Shown here piece by piece: positions 1-12,889 of a stretch of DNA of 64,000 nt. The DNA comes from Octopus sinensis (Eukaryota), in the NCBI RefSeq assembly GCF_006345805.1, contig NC_043000.1, positions 24,552,001-24,616,000 of the forward strand. The letters are read 5' to 3'. The stretch's first letter is position 1. Each line of letters begins with the position of its first letter. The position numbers were made by a program, and so were the translations under genes. Under the pieces are notes generated by a model that saw only the letters and a program-made list of their open reading frames with translations, had not been told where the DNA came from and did no database searches.

Positions 1-1884
1 TCGTCTGCCGTTACGTTCTGAGTTCAAATTCCGCCAAGGTCAACTTTGCCTTTCATCCTTTCGGGGTCAATAAATTAAGTACCAGTTACACACTGGGATT
101 GATATAATTGACTAAATCCGTTTGTCTGTCCTTGTTTGTCCCCTCTGTGCTTAGCCCCTTGTGGGTAGTAAAGAAATAGGTATTAACAATGTTATTCAAG
201 GGTGTCTAGAACTGACACAGATGCCCGAAATTTACAATGAAGTGGGGTATAGTTAACTGAAGCAAATCTGGATAGTATAAGCCAGGTGGTTTCATATAGT
301 TTTATTATCTGGAGGAGAATAGGGGTGGTATACAAAGTCAAGCCTGGCAGGATTTGAACTAGGGACACGAAAATATAAAACTAAATACTTGATCTGTTGG
401 TCAAATATTTCTGATTATAATTCTTTCTACTAGAGGTACAAGGTCTGAAATTTTGAGGGAAGGGGATAGCCAATTACATTGACCACAATACTTATTTCAT
501 TGACCCCAAAAAGATGAATGACAAAGTTGACCTTGGCAGAATTTGAACTCAGAATGTGAAGATGGCTGTGCCACTGAGCATTTTTTTCTTTTATTCTTTT
601 ACTTATTTCAGTCATTTGACTGCAGCCATGCTGGGGCACCACCTTTAGTCGAACAAATCAAACCCAGGACTTATTCTTTGTAAGCCTAGTACTTATTCTA
701 TCTTTCTCTTTTGCCAAACTGCTAAGTTACGGGGACATAAACATATCAATATCGGTTGTCAAGCAATGGTGGATGGGACAAACAGACACAAATACACACA
801 CACACACATCGATGACAGGCTTCTTTCAGTTTCTGTCTACCAAATCCACTCACAAGGCTTTGGTTGGCCCAAGGCTTTAGTAGAAGACACTTGCCAAAGG
901 TGCCACACAGTGAGACTGAACCCAGAACCATGTGATTGGGAAGCAGGCTTCTTATCATACATGCTAATGATTCGGCTAGTTCATTACCTTAATACTTCTC
1001 TGATAACAAAAAGTGGTTCTAATATAAGCAAAATTGTGGTTTGGCAGAATCATTAGAGCTTTGGACAAATTAATTGCCTGGTGATACTTCTTCTGACTCT
1101 TTAGATTCTGGGTTCAAATCTTGCCACGGTCAACTTTGTCTTTCACAAAGTTGTTAAAATAAAGTACCAGCGAAATCCTAAAATTGATATAAATGACTAA
1201 ACACCTCCCTTCAAAATTTATGGCCTTGGGTCTAAATTAGAAACAATACAGTGCAAAACCAGGAACTTGAGGGGAGGGGTTAGTCAACTAAATTTCTGTA
1301 GTACTTGTTTGGTATTTTATTTTGACTCTGGAGGTCTAAAAAGACAACGTTTACCTTGGTGAGATTTGAACTCGGAACGTAAACATTTGCAGGTAAATGC
1401 TGTAAGGAATTTTCTCCAACACTTTTAATCATTCTGCAAATCCACCACCTTTCATCATAATACTAAAATTAATAATCCAGTCTACTATATGCACAAGGCC
1501 AGAAAATTGGGAGCAATAGGTCTAGATTATGCCATTGACCCCAGTGTGCAACTGGTACTAAATTTATCAACACCAAAAGAATGAAAGGCTAAGTCCACCT
1601 TAGTAGAATTTGAGCTCAGAATGTAAAGAGTAATGATTTTGCCAGCTTATTCCAATAATAATAATCCTTTCTATTAAAGACATAAGGCCTGAAATTTTGG
1701 GGGAAAGGCCAAGTTAATTACATCGACCCCAGTGCTTGACCAGTACTTAAGTTGTTGACCACCCCAAAAGGACATAATGCGAAGTTGACCTCGGAGACAT
1801 TTGAACTCCGAATGTAAAGAGGCAGGAAATGCCACTAAATATTTTGCCCAGTATGTTAACGATTCTGCCAGCTTACTACTTTAA

Positions 1885-2099
1885 CTCTTTTCTTACCATA
1901 TTTCTGTTGAGATGCTCTTTCAATTAACTTTAAACATAACAAAGAAATTAGTAAGATAACTTAGTTATCATTCAATTGGTGTTAGGAACATAAATTGCGA
2001 TTAAGGTTTGGTGGAAAATCTTCAATTCGGAACTTTTGAAAACAAGCCATTTGTACTAGAGAGCCTGAGGTGGTTTCAGTCGGGTTGGTATCAAAAGGG
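1885..2099. mobile_element. TTAA-flanked (piggyBac-type) MITE; relatives at 20195-20395, 20424-20646, 36250-36375, 43980-44215
   Basis: TTAA|ctctttt...aaaaggg|TTAA here and TTAA|ccctttt...aaaggg|TTAA at 20424-20646, with a shared internal sequence. Confidence 0.75.
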
Positions 2100-2397
2100 T
2101 TAATAATAATAATAACCAGAAGTCAAGCAGTTTTGGGGAGGGGTAAGTTGATTATATTGACCCCAGTGTTCAACTGGTACTTATTTTATCAACCCTGAAA
2201 GGCTGTAAAGCAAAGTTGAACTCAGTAGAATTTGAACTCAGAACATAAAGATGGGCGAAACACCATTAAGCATTTTGCCTGGTTTGCTAACAATTCTGCC
2301 AGCTCACTGCCTTATAATGATGATGATGATGGTAATAATAATAATAATAATAATGATAATAATAATAATGATAATAATAATAATAATAATAATGATA

Positions 2398-3100
2398 CCA
2401 ACTCAGTGAAAAAAAATATATACCACACGAATGCAATGGACATCTGCAGAATGTGTGGGAAGAGAGTCGAAAGCGTGACTCACATTGTTAGTGCTTGTGA
2501 AAGTCTTGTGCAGAAAGAGTACAAGCACAGGCATCACAAAGTAGCCCAAAACCTCTACTGGCTACTACGCTGTAAGTATGGATATGAGGTTACAGATGCT
2601 TGGTACCAACATACACCAGAATAGGTAAAAGAGGAAAAGGGGAAAGCAAAAATCCTCTGGGACTTTGACTTCCAGACAGACAAGGTATTAGAGCGTTGAA
2701 GGCTGGATATAGTAATCTTCAGGAGGGATAAACAAGAGTGCCTAATAATTGACGTGGAAGTGCCAGGAGATCAACATATCATCATGAAAGAAAGAGAAGA
2801 GATTGATAACTATGGAGACCTGAGAATTGAGATCACTAAAATGGTGCAGCTATGAGAGTTGAACACAAAGGTTATCCCTATTGTCATCGGTGCATTGGGT
2901 TCAATACCACCCAATCTGAAAACTTTTGAAATACTCTACAATCTAGGTGTATTGCAAAAGTCAGCATTACTGGGAACTGTATGCATATTGCATAAAAGAC
3001 TGTCTGAGGTCCTTGTTGTGACTTGACAAACAGTGCAAACCCCCAGTAGACACAATATCTTCAATCAACAGCCTCATGATATTGTATACTGTGTGACATC
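2398..3100 (+). mobile_element. R4/Dong-like non-LTR retrotransposon 3' fragment (CCHC knuckle plus restriction-like endonuclease), decayed
   Basis: CRMCGKRVESVTHIVSAC, YKHRHHKVA, KILWDFDFQTDK, IIDVEVPGD, KVIPIVIGALG, QKSALLGT, with stops. Flanked on both sides by (AAT)n. Confidence 0.85.
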
Positions 3101-3103
3101 TAA

Positions 3104-3143
<40 letters not shown>

Positions 3144-3400
3144 GACTTGGTTCTAGAAAAAGGAAAGGCTTATTCAAGGGTCAAACAATTGGTGACAACT
3201 TACCCTGAAGGAATAGTTTTCTTTAATGCACCTGTTGGATCTGACCGTTTAGTACAAGAACGAAATTTGCTAAAGATCCAAATTTTTTTTATAAATAGGG
3301 TCGATTTTTTTCAATCTTAATATTAAAACATAAAACGGTATGATAATGATAATAATAATGGTGATAATAATAGTGGTAGTAATAATAATAATAATAATGA

Positions 3401-3985
3401 ATGCCCTGATGCAGTACCAGGCAGTGGCTATGCCCTGATGCAGTACCAGGCAGTGGATCTCATGGCTTCTGATCTTAACTGATTAGAAGTGTTATCATGT
3501 ACATTGTTTTGTCTTGGTATAAAAGATGGGCTACAGCAAATATTCTGCTCAATACCACAGATTTGCTTGTCAGTTGTTTGACCTTAACCAGTTGAGCATG
3601 TCCCTTAGTGGCTGACGATATGTGCATCTCTGATCACGAGCAGAAGTAGTGGGGGAGCATCATAGCCATGTGTTGAGAGGGATTCTTTGGGGTTTGAATA
3701 GTTCACCTCTGGAAACATGGGTGGTTCTTTCAACATCCTTAAACAACCCTTATTCAGGGACCGTTTGAGCGGGATGGGCTACTCAACCTGAAGGAAATTC
3801 TAACTGGGCCCCACCTGCAAGGTCATGTGCTGTTTATCTTGATATGAGATCACCATGTCGCGCACATATGGTTGTGATGCATGTGCCTGGTGTACCTTTA
3901 TCAGACGGGTAGTCATGATGGGTATATTGGGCTTCGTATATTTTACCCCAGTGTCACTTTGATGGCATGAACTGCTCTCTCACTC
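3401..3985. mobile_element. Non-coding ~585-bp interspersed element embedded in (AAT)n; second partial copy at 35522-35756
   Basis: 3752-3985 closely matches 35522-35756. Both copies are bounded by AAT repeats. There is a 29-bp duplication at the left end. Confidence 0.8.
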
Positions 3986-3998
3986 AATAATAATGATG

Positions 3999-4041
<43 letters not shown>

Positions 4042-4587
4042 TAACAATAATAACAACAACAACACGATGAAAAACAAAAATGGAAATGGCAATAGTAACA
4101 GTGAAGAAAGAATATGGAAAAAACACCAAAGGAGGAAATCTTGAAGAGAATGGAGAAGAAAATTATTTGGTGCATCATTTTGGTTTATTTATTAACTTTT
4201 ATGTAAAACTTGTAATTGTCACCCATATTAAACTGACATGAAATTGAACCCTTCCTCTGTCAACTAAGTTGAACTTAGCATTTACAAACGGTAAGGAAAC
4301 GCTTAAAGAATTTGGGTGTTTCTTTGTTTATTCTTGTAGTCTTAACTACAAAGTCTGTTATATTTTTTGTTCATACCCAAGAGAGCATTTTTATTTCTCT
4401 GCAGCCACATAACTTGTTGGAATGTTTGGATTTGTAATCTTCCTCCAGGGAAGTACTTACATAACAACACAGCTTCAGAAAAAAACAACTGACAAAATGC
4501 GAATTTAGTAATATTTATGAGTATTTAATTTGGAAATGTCTTTATGCGGTCCTAATTAAATAGTTGCAATAATGAACAAAAGTAGTC

Positions 4588-4619
<32 letters not shown>

Positions 4620-4766
4620 GTGTGTACTTACATATAAGAGAACAAAGTGTACATACACTGCTGTATGTATGTATATATATATATATAAATAAAATACAAA
4701 ATGGGACAAGAACGCAAAATATCCGGACAACTAGGTGATACAAAAAGGGACAACAAAATGATATAA

Positions 4767-4832
<66 letters not shown>

Positions 4833-5426
4833 CTCAGCAGAGTTGTCAATACTGGCCTCTAGGGAGGGGTGTGTCATTAGCGAAGAGGTGATAAACATCC
4901 TGAAATAATTTTAAGGATTATGGATGCTAAATTATCAGATTAAAATTTCGACACAAGGCCAAAACTTTTAAGGGAGAGAGTAAGTCAATTACATCCATTT
5001 CCAGTGCTCAGTTGGCTCTTATTTTATGATGGAAGGCCAAAGTTAACAAAGATTTATTCTCAAATCAGAGACCTGCTTGAGATATTTACGATAGAATGAA
5101 CTTCACTATAAACACCTGTGAGTCAGGTGGATTGTCTTAAAGTAGACAAGGGGCTATTCATATCTACCAACCAACATCATGTACAGCACAGGTTTCCATA
5201 CAATCATGCACTAAATACCCTAAGTTCAATCATCATCATCATTTAATATCTGTCATCCATACTGGTATAGGTTGGACAGTTTGACATGGAGCTGGCTAAC
5301 AGAGAGCTGTCCAGACTCCACCTGTCTGTTGTGGCATGGTTTCTAAGGCTGAATGTCCTTCCTAATACTATGAAATTAAAAGAGGAAAAGGTCACACCAT
5401 AAACACTTCTAATCACAGGTCTACTG

Positions 5427-5927
5427 CAGTGGTTCTCAACCATTTTTTAGCCCATAGACACCTTGGATTCCACTTTTCACTTGTCTGGACCCTCACAGCC
5501 ATTTGATGTTAAAAAAATCTCATTATTTTTTTATAAGACAACAACTGCAGCGTGGAAGGTGTTTATAAGCCATTTAAGAAACACACAAAATCCGTTAGAT
5601 TCACTTCAACATTTAAATTTAATTTGTCAAAATATTTTCATCGCTTTGAGACCGCGATCTGTTCACTGACAAAATTCCGTGCTGCATGTTTCTTAAATGG
5701 CTTATAAACACCTTCCACATTGCAATTGTTTTCATTCCTGCACACGATCTCAGATCAGGTCACTTGCATAGCAACTACATCTCTGTAAATATTACGAATT
5801 TCATAAAATATTGTTAAGGTATTTTGTGTATTGGTAGAAGAATAACCGGTTTATTGCACATAAAATTAAACAACAAAATCTTATATGGACCTGCAAGGGT
5901 CATACAGACTCCATTTGAGAATCACTG
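5427..5927. mobile_element. hAT-type MITE
   Basis: TIRs cagtggttctcaa / ttgagaatcactg. The 8-bp flanks gtctactg / gtctcctg match 7 of 8. Internal inverted repeat. Confidence 0.85.
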
Positions 5928-6329
5928 GTCTCCTGCATCAGTGCTAACCTTTGGCTAATTTTGAAATTTTGAACAACAGCAGTAGTAGTAACTGGTAAAT
6001 ACTCTAAAAGAAAATTGACTAAGAATGTAATGCATTAAAGTATATGCTTTGTAAGTGCTGTCAGTGAAAACATGTCAAAATCACCAAGTTTCATATGATT
6101 GGTTGAGACAGATGACACCTCCCAACTGAAATAACTTTATATTCTGGTAATAAAAAACCCAAAAGAAACCTCCATCTATTTTCACCTGATGAAACTTGAT
6201 TTCAGTTAAAGAGAAGCCCAGAGGGAGTTAACAAATGAGCTTGCCATGAATGCAATCACAAGATAATAATCTTATGACCTTGTCTTATGATAAAGCTGAT
6301 AGCATTTTTATAAAATTACAAAACTAATG

Positions 6330-6625
6330 TTCTGTATTTTAGAGATGAGGAATTATGCACATTATTTACATTGGAAAGGTAAGTGACCTCATCTTGTTTG
6401 TTGTTACCACAACTTTTTGGCTGATTTAATCTCCAGCCTTCATCAAGTGTCCTGGTGCAATTTTGAACCCAACTCTTTATTTGACTATTGTAGTACTCTG
6501 TTATTCCTAAGGTATTTGTTCTGATGTTATTATTATTTATTCAAGTCACTTCCTGGGATTGAACCTGAAATCTTGGGGTTAGTAGCCTGCATGCTTAACC
6601 ACTATGCTATATGCCCTTGGGCAAT
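6330..6625 (-). mobile_element. tRNA-headed SINE carrying a decayed hammerhead motif (6408-6449)
   Basis: The minus strand has an A box TAGCATAGTGG, an anticodon-like arm ggctactaacc and a B box GGTTCAATCCC (about 6550-6612). About 90 nt downstream comes CAC-TTGATGA-A GGCTG GAGATTAAAT CAGCC-AAAA AG TT-GTG. Confidence 0.65.
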
Positions 6626-7858
6626 TATAGAGTGAAATGTACAAAACTGGTTTCAAATTTTGGCACAAGGCTAGCAATTTCAAGGGAGTGGGTAAGTTGA
6701 TTACAGTGACCCCAGTACATGACTGGTACTTATTTTATTTACTCCCAAAAGAGTGATATGCAAAGCTGACCTTGACCGAATTTGAACTCAGAAAATAAAG
6801 ATGGATGAAACACCACTAAACATTTTGCCCAGCTTGCTAATGATTCTGCCAACAGACTTATAAAAATTGTAAAATTAATAATGGTTTTTAACAGACACCA
6901 ATTAACATTTCTGGTGAAGAGGTGTAAGTTGGTTGGTTTAATCAGTTGAGAACTTGAGCAGGCCTGATTTAATGACCCTGCCAGGAGGTTGAAAAGACGA
7001 AGTTGACTTTGGCAATATTAGAACTTGGAATATAATGAGACTTGCGCTGTTATAACATTAGTTACGATGACAAGGGTTTCAGCTGATCCGATCAATGGAA
7101 CAACCTGCTTGTGAAATTAACATCCAAGTGGCTGAGCACTCCACAGATAAATGTACCCTTAATGTAGTTCTCAGGGAGATTCAATGTGACAAGGTTAACC
7201 CTTTCAAACACAAGTACTACTCATTTTTGCTTCTTGAGTGTATTGGAGAAACACAAAACAAAGTGTCCCGCTCAAGGACACAGCATGCTGCCAGGAATTG
7301 ATCTCATGACTGTACAATCCTGAACTCAATACCCTAACCGCTAAACTATGTGCCTTCACAATGAGAAATAACTAAATAAGGCAAAGTATTTAGTTCTTAG
7401 ATCAGCAAGCTTCCATTTCTGCTAGTTCTCCACCCCAATGATAGGCCAGAAATTTTGAGTGGTCACTTCAGTGATTAATTCATCTCCTGTACTTAACTGG
7501 TACTTTATTTTTAGTCCTTGGAAAATTTGAAAGGCAAAACTTTGGTTGGAATGGAACTCAGAACATCCAGAACTGTAACTCAATATCATTAAGCATTTTG
7601 TCTGATACTCTATAGACACCGTCATACCAAAAATGTCCATAAGAGATTAAACCAACCAACTTACACCTCTTCATAAAAAAAAAACAAGCTAAAAACTAAA
7701 AACATTCTTCTGCAAGAATTAAATTTATTAGAATCTGAGAGACTCAGGAATTATTTAAACAGATATGGATTAGAAGGGAAAGATAGATTTAGCACCACGT
7801 ACAATGGAGAACATGTCTTTGAAAATTTTTTTTTTGTTGTTGAAGAAAGAAGGTTTAA

Positions 7859-8188
7859 TCTTTTCAAATTCAGATTACACTGTCAAATCCAATGCTTTTG
7901 TTATTCACATTGTTTTGAATTAATCCAGCACTATCTTGTAGTTTCAAAATTTTGATGATGTGATTATCTTTAACTTCTAGCATGATGTAGATGCATCATA
8001 TTGCCATGTGAGTTTTCTCCCCTCTCCATGCAACACAATGTGCCTGCAGCTATGGGAGAGATGCACATAAACAAGCTAATGGTTAAAATGGCATTGTAGG
8101 GTTGGTATGAAAAACCAGATTTGATCAGTTTGAGCATAAAACAGGTTGAATATTAGGACTGGATATGGTTGGTTTGAATGCTAAAGGG
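7859..8188. mobile_element. Second TTAA-type MITE family; partial copy at about 60598-60790
   Basis: Shared ttcagattac(a/t)ctgtcaaat...ttattc start. The right end is gaatgctaaaggg. Confidence 0.6.
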
Positions 8189-8721
8189 TCAAGCATAGCT
8201 TGGCATAATAAAGCTGACAATGTTTCATATTTAATTAATGGAACAAGCTGCTAAACGATATGCTAAACCTGATTCCTCAAAGAATTGGTAAAATTAAATC
8301 ATTCTCAGAATTTAGTGATAAACTGTTTACATATTCTAAAAAGGATAAGAAAAGTTGTTTAGACTAAAATCCATTAAAAAAATTAAGAAACAAAACAATT
8401 TTCATACAAGAACATATGTGAGCAATACAGTAACATATAAACACGTACACACACAACACACACACACACACACGTATGTATATTGAATTACTTGTGGTTC
8501 CAAAAAGGATGGGTTGATTGGTGACAAAGAAGCATCATACCATAAAGCAAGAATTATCCCCTGATTTTCTCCCCTCCATACACATACGAACATGTATCTG
8601 ACTCATACACTGTTCACTTCCCATACATTTATACATTACTGCATATACTTTATATGCACTTACGACAAGTTGTGGTGCACCTGAGCACTGTATACAATAA
8701 TTTCATTATTATTATTATTAT

Positions 8722-10005
8722 TGATTCCGTCACTTTCCAGGGAGAAAAACTAGAAGTAGTTGATAGCTTCCGTTATCTAGGTGACCAAGTCAGTAGGGGG
8801 GGTGGGTGCGCTGAAAGTGTAACTGCTAGAATAAGAATAGCCTGGGCAAAGTTTAGGGAGCTCTTACCTCTGCTGGTGACTAAAGGCCTCTCGCTCAGAG
8901 TAAAAGGCAGACTGTATGATGCGTGTGTACGAACAGCCATGCTACATGGCAGCGAAACATGGGCCGTGACTGCTGAGGACATGCGTAAGCTCGTGAGGAA
9001 TGAAGCCAGTATGCTCTGATGGATGTGTAATGTCAGTGTACATACTCGACAGAGCGTTAGCACCTTGAGAGAAATGTTGTACCTAAGAAGCATCAGTTGT
9101 GGTGTGCAAGAGAGACGATTGCGCTGGTATGGTCATGTGGCGAGAATGGATGAAGATAGGTGTGTGAGAAAGTGCCAATCCCTAGCAGTTGAGGGAACCC
9201 GTGGAAGAGGTAGACCCAGGAAAACCTGGGACGAGGTGGTGAAGCACGACCTTCGAACTTTAGGCCTCACTGAGGAAATGACCAGAGACCGAGACCTTTG
9301 GAAATATTCTGTACGTGAGAAGACCAGGCAGGACAAGTGAGCCCAGCCCACTTATGAATGCCTTTCCTCCCTTGGACACAAAGACCGGTTGAGGCAAGCG
9401 AAGTCGATATAGAACCTCATCCGACGACAGACACCCATGCCAACCCCCCATGCTTGCGAAGACATGTTGGGGCAAGCGAAATCGAAATCGAAACCGAATT
9501 GAACCAGCCAGGATCCCTGGCCTGGTGGTACGTAAAAAGCACTATCCGACTCGTGGCCGTGGCACGTAAAATACTCCAATGCAACCATACGACAGGCACC
9601 CATGCCAACCCCCTTTGCTTGTGAAGACATGTTGGGGCAAGCGAAATCGAAATCGAATTGAACCAGCCAGGATCCCTGGTCTGGTGGTACGTAAAAAGCA
9701 CTATCCGACTCGTGGCCGATGCAGCACCGCCTCGACTGGCTTCCGTGCCGGTGGCACATAAAATACACCAATCTGACCGTGGCCGTTGCCAGCCCCGCCT
9801 GGCACCTGTGCAGGTGGCACGTAAAAAGCACCCACTACACTCACGGAGTGGTTGGCGTTAGGAAGGGCATCCAGCTGTAGAAACATTGCCAGATTAGACT
9901 GGAGCCTGGTGCAGCCTTCTGGCTTCCCAGAACCCCGGTCGAACCGTCCAACCCATGCTAGCATGGAGAACGGACGTTAAACGACGATGATGATGATGAT
10001 GATGA
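8722..10005 (+). mobile_element. RTE LINE 3' fragment with modular 3' UTR and (GAT)n tail
   Basis: LEVVDSFRYLGD, YDACVRTAMLHGSETW, RRLRWYGHV. Inserted in an (ATT)n run. Confidence 0.92.
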
Positions 10006-10127
10006 TTATTATTATTTATTTATTTACTCAAGGAGACCTAATTTAGAACTGTAGTGGGTTGCATTAATGTTTCAAAACTAATGTAGTAAGTTCTTCCTTT
10101 AAATACTACAATGTGAGTGAGTGTATG

Positions 10128-10160
<33 letters not shown>

Positions 10161-10290
10161 TTGTGTGTGTAAATATTAGCTTTATTATATGGGGTTGGTG
10201 AAAAGTCACCTAATATAAATCAAATCCATTTAAAACAAAAAATATTTCATATGAGACTTTGCTAATAAACAGACAAATGTTGACCTTAGC

Positions 10291-10352
<62 letters not shown>

Positions 10353-10606
10353 AATAATTCTTTCTACTATAGACACAAGGTCTGAAATTTTCAGGGAGGG
10401 GACTAGTCAACTACATCGACCCCAGTAATCAACTGGTACTTAATTTATCGACCCTGAAAGGATGAAAGGCAAAGTCAATCTTGGCAGAATTCGAACTCAG
10501 AACATAGCGATGGGCGAAATACCACTAAGCATTTTGTCCAGCGTGCAACTGATTCTGCCAGCTTGCCACCTTAATAACAATAATAATAATAATAATAGTA
10601 GTAGTA

Positions 10607-10663
<57 letters not shown>

Positions 10664-10954
10664 TATTTCTTTATTGCCCACAGGGAGCTAAACATAGAGG
10701 GGACAAACAAGGACGGACAAGGGGATTAAGTTGATTACATCGACCCCCAGTGATTAACTGGTACTTATTTAATTGACCCTAAAAGGATAAAAGGCAAAGT
10801 TGACCTTGGCAGAATTTAAACTCAGAATGTAACAGCAGACGAAATACTGCTAAGCATTTCGCCCAGCGTGATAACGTTTCTGCCAGAAGCCTCAAATTTG
10901 TGGGGAGGGAATAATAATCTTTTCTACTGGAAGCACAAGGCCTCAAATAATAAT

Positions 10955-11880
10955 CATCATCATCATCATCGTTTAACGTCCGCTTTCCATGCTAGCATGG
11001 GTTGGACGGTTCAACTGGGGTCTGGCAAGCCCGAAGGCTGCACCAGGCCAGTCAGATCTGGCAGTGTTTCTACAGCTGGATGCCCTTCCTAACGCTAACC
11101 ACTCCGATAGTGTAGTGGGTGATTTTATGTGCCACCGACACAAGTGCCAGACGAAGCTGGCAGACGGCCATGCTCGGATGGTGTTTTTTTTGTGCCACCG
11201 ACACAGGTGCCAGACGAGGCTGGCAGACGGCCACGCTCGGATGGTGTTTTTTATGTGCCACCGACACAGGTGCCAGACGAGGCTGGCGAACGGCCACGAT
11301 GGGATGGTGTTTGTTACGTGCCCACAGCACGGAGGCCAGTCGATGCGGTACTGGCTACGGCCACGTTCGGATGGTTTTCTTATGTGCCACCGGCACTGGT
11401 ACCACAAGGATACAAATTCCATTGATGTTCATCTATTTTGATTTGGTTTGATTTGATTTGATTTGATTTGATTTTCACTTGCCTCAACAGGTCTTCACAA
11501 GTGTCACAAGAAGGAAGGTATGCACAGGTGGACTGACTACGTCCCAGGTAGGGGCCACGGGTTATGGCTTCACTAGTCTTGCCGGGTCTTCTCACGCACA
11601 GCATACTTCCATAGGTCTCGGTCTCTAGTCATTTCCATGGTGAGACCTAACGTTCGAAGGTCGTACTTCACCACCTCGTCCCAGGTTTTCCTGGGTCTAC
11701 CTCTTCCACGGGTTCCCTCAACTGCTAGGGATTGGCACTTTCTCACACACCTATCTTCATCCATTCTCGCCACATGACCATACCAGCGCAATCGTCTCTC
11801 TTGCACACCACAACTGATGCTTCTTAGGTACAACATTTCTCTCAAGGAACTAACACTCTGTCGAATAAGTACACTGACAT
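10955..11880 (-). mobile_element. RTE LINE 3' fragment
   Basis: ORF 11573-11845 is homologous to 9023-9340, followed by tandem UTR modules and the tail. Confidence 0.92.
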
Positions 11881-11889
11881 TATTATTAT

Positions 11890-12152
11890 TCAGTAGTTTT
11901 ATTTTTATATCGTGCTTTCACTTCACTACTGAGCGCAGCTCTGTGTGCCTTGGGTATGTGCTGTACTTTGCTGGGATGCACTGATTGTTACTGTATTGAA
12001 AGTGTTTTAAATAGGATGTGTGCAGTGCCCAGTAGTACTATTTTCTGTATTTTATATATATTTGTAAGTCCTGATGTTTTTGTTATGTATTTGTCTGAAT
12101 ATTTTTTTTATCATACCTAATGCACCTACTATGATAGGAATTGTTTCTGTTT
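11890..12152 (-). mobile_element. R4/Dong-like 3' fragment
   Basis: Reverse-complement homolog of 27760-28020, flanked by (TTA)n. Confidence 0.8.
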
Positions 12153-12628
12153 ATTATTATTGATGATAAAAGAATATACATAATATGAAAGTGAATATCA
12201 ATAACAGACTCTGCCCTTGGCTATTATTCCACAGGATGCAAGGAGGACCAAAGAAAAGTTACAGGCCCTGCTTCTTTTACTTTGGCTGATTTACATAGAA
12301 AGTGCTCATTACATGTGATTTAGAGAAGAAAAACTTGCACATTTGCATGCGCCTGTTACGTGTGAGTGTGAATGTAATTTTTAATATAGCCTCATTTTTT
12401 TTAAACTTCTTAAGATGAATGTAGCTAAAACGAAGGTTACATACAACTGGGTGTCTTCTCTTCTATCAATACTTCAGAGAAGATTGTTTATAGACAAAGT
12501 CACTACACAACACTGTCTGGCAATAGCACAGGAAATGGCACTGGCGTTATTCTAAGCTAGTAAAGCACAGATAAGATGCTTAAATAACACCTGGCTAGTA
12601 CCAACAGCAAAAAATGTTGCAAACATAT

Positions 12629-12667
<39 letters not shown>

Positions 12668-12889
12668 TATCACTGAAGAGTATCAGCTTGGAATTATGTT
12701 GGGTTAATACAGGATCTGACAATATAGTAATTGCTTTTGATATGCGTATCTCTCTCTCTCTCAGATATATATATATAAATATAAGCTTTCTCTAGACTAG
12801 CATAAGCTAGCAAATTTTCACTATAAACATAATATGAAGAAGACACAAGAATAAAAGGGAACGAAAAGTACACAAATACACATACACAC

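Noticed and set aside
6186-6220. CTGATGA followed by an AACT/AGTT stem as a further hammerhead
   Set aside because: No GAAA, helix III or cleavage triplet follows.
6550-6612. Functional tRNA gene (also the heads at 50785 and 53640-53693)
   Set aside because: These are SINE heads with incomplete cloverleaves attached to repeat bodies.
7680-7860. ATG-less coding-looking frame (NILLQELNLLESERLRNYLNRYGLEGKDRF)
   Set aside because: No splice sites or known domain. It runs into a MITE and is antisense to MAGI.
10973-11451. Overlapping repetitive Trp/Cys/His-rich ORFs, also at 9352-9861
   Set aside because: Translations of RTE 3' UTR tandem modules in several frames.
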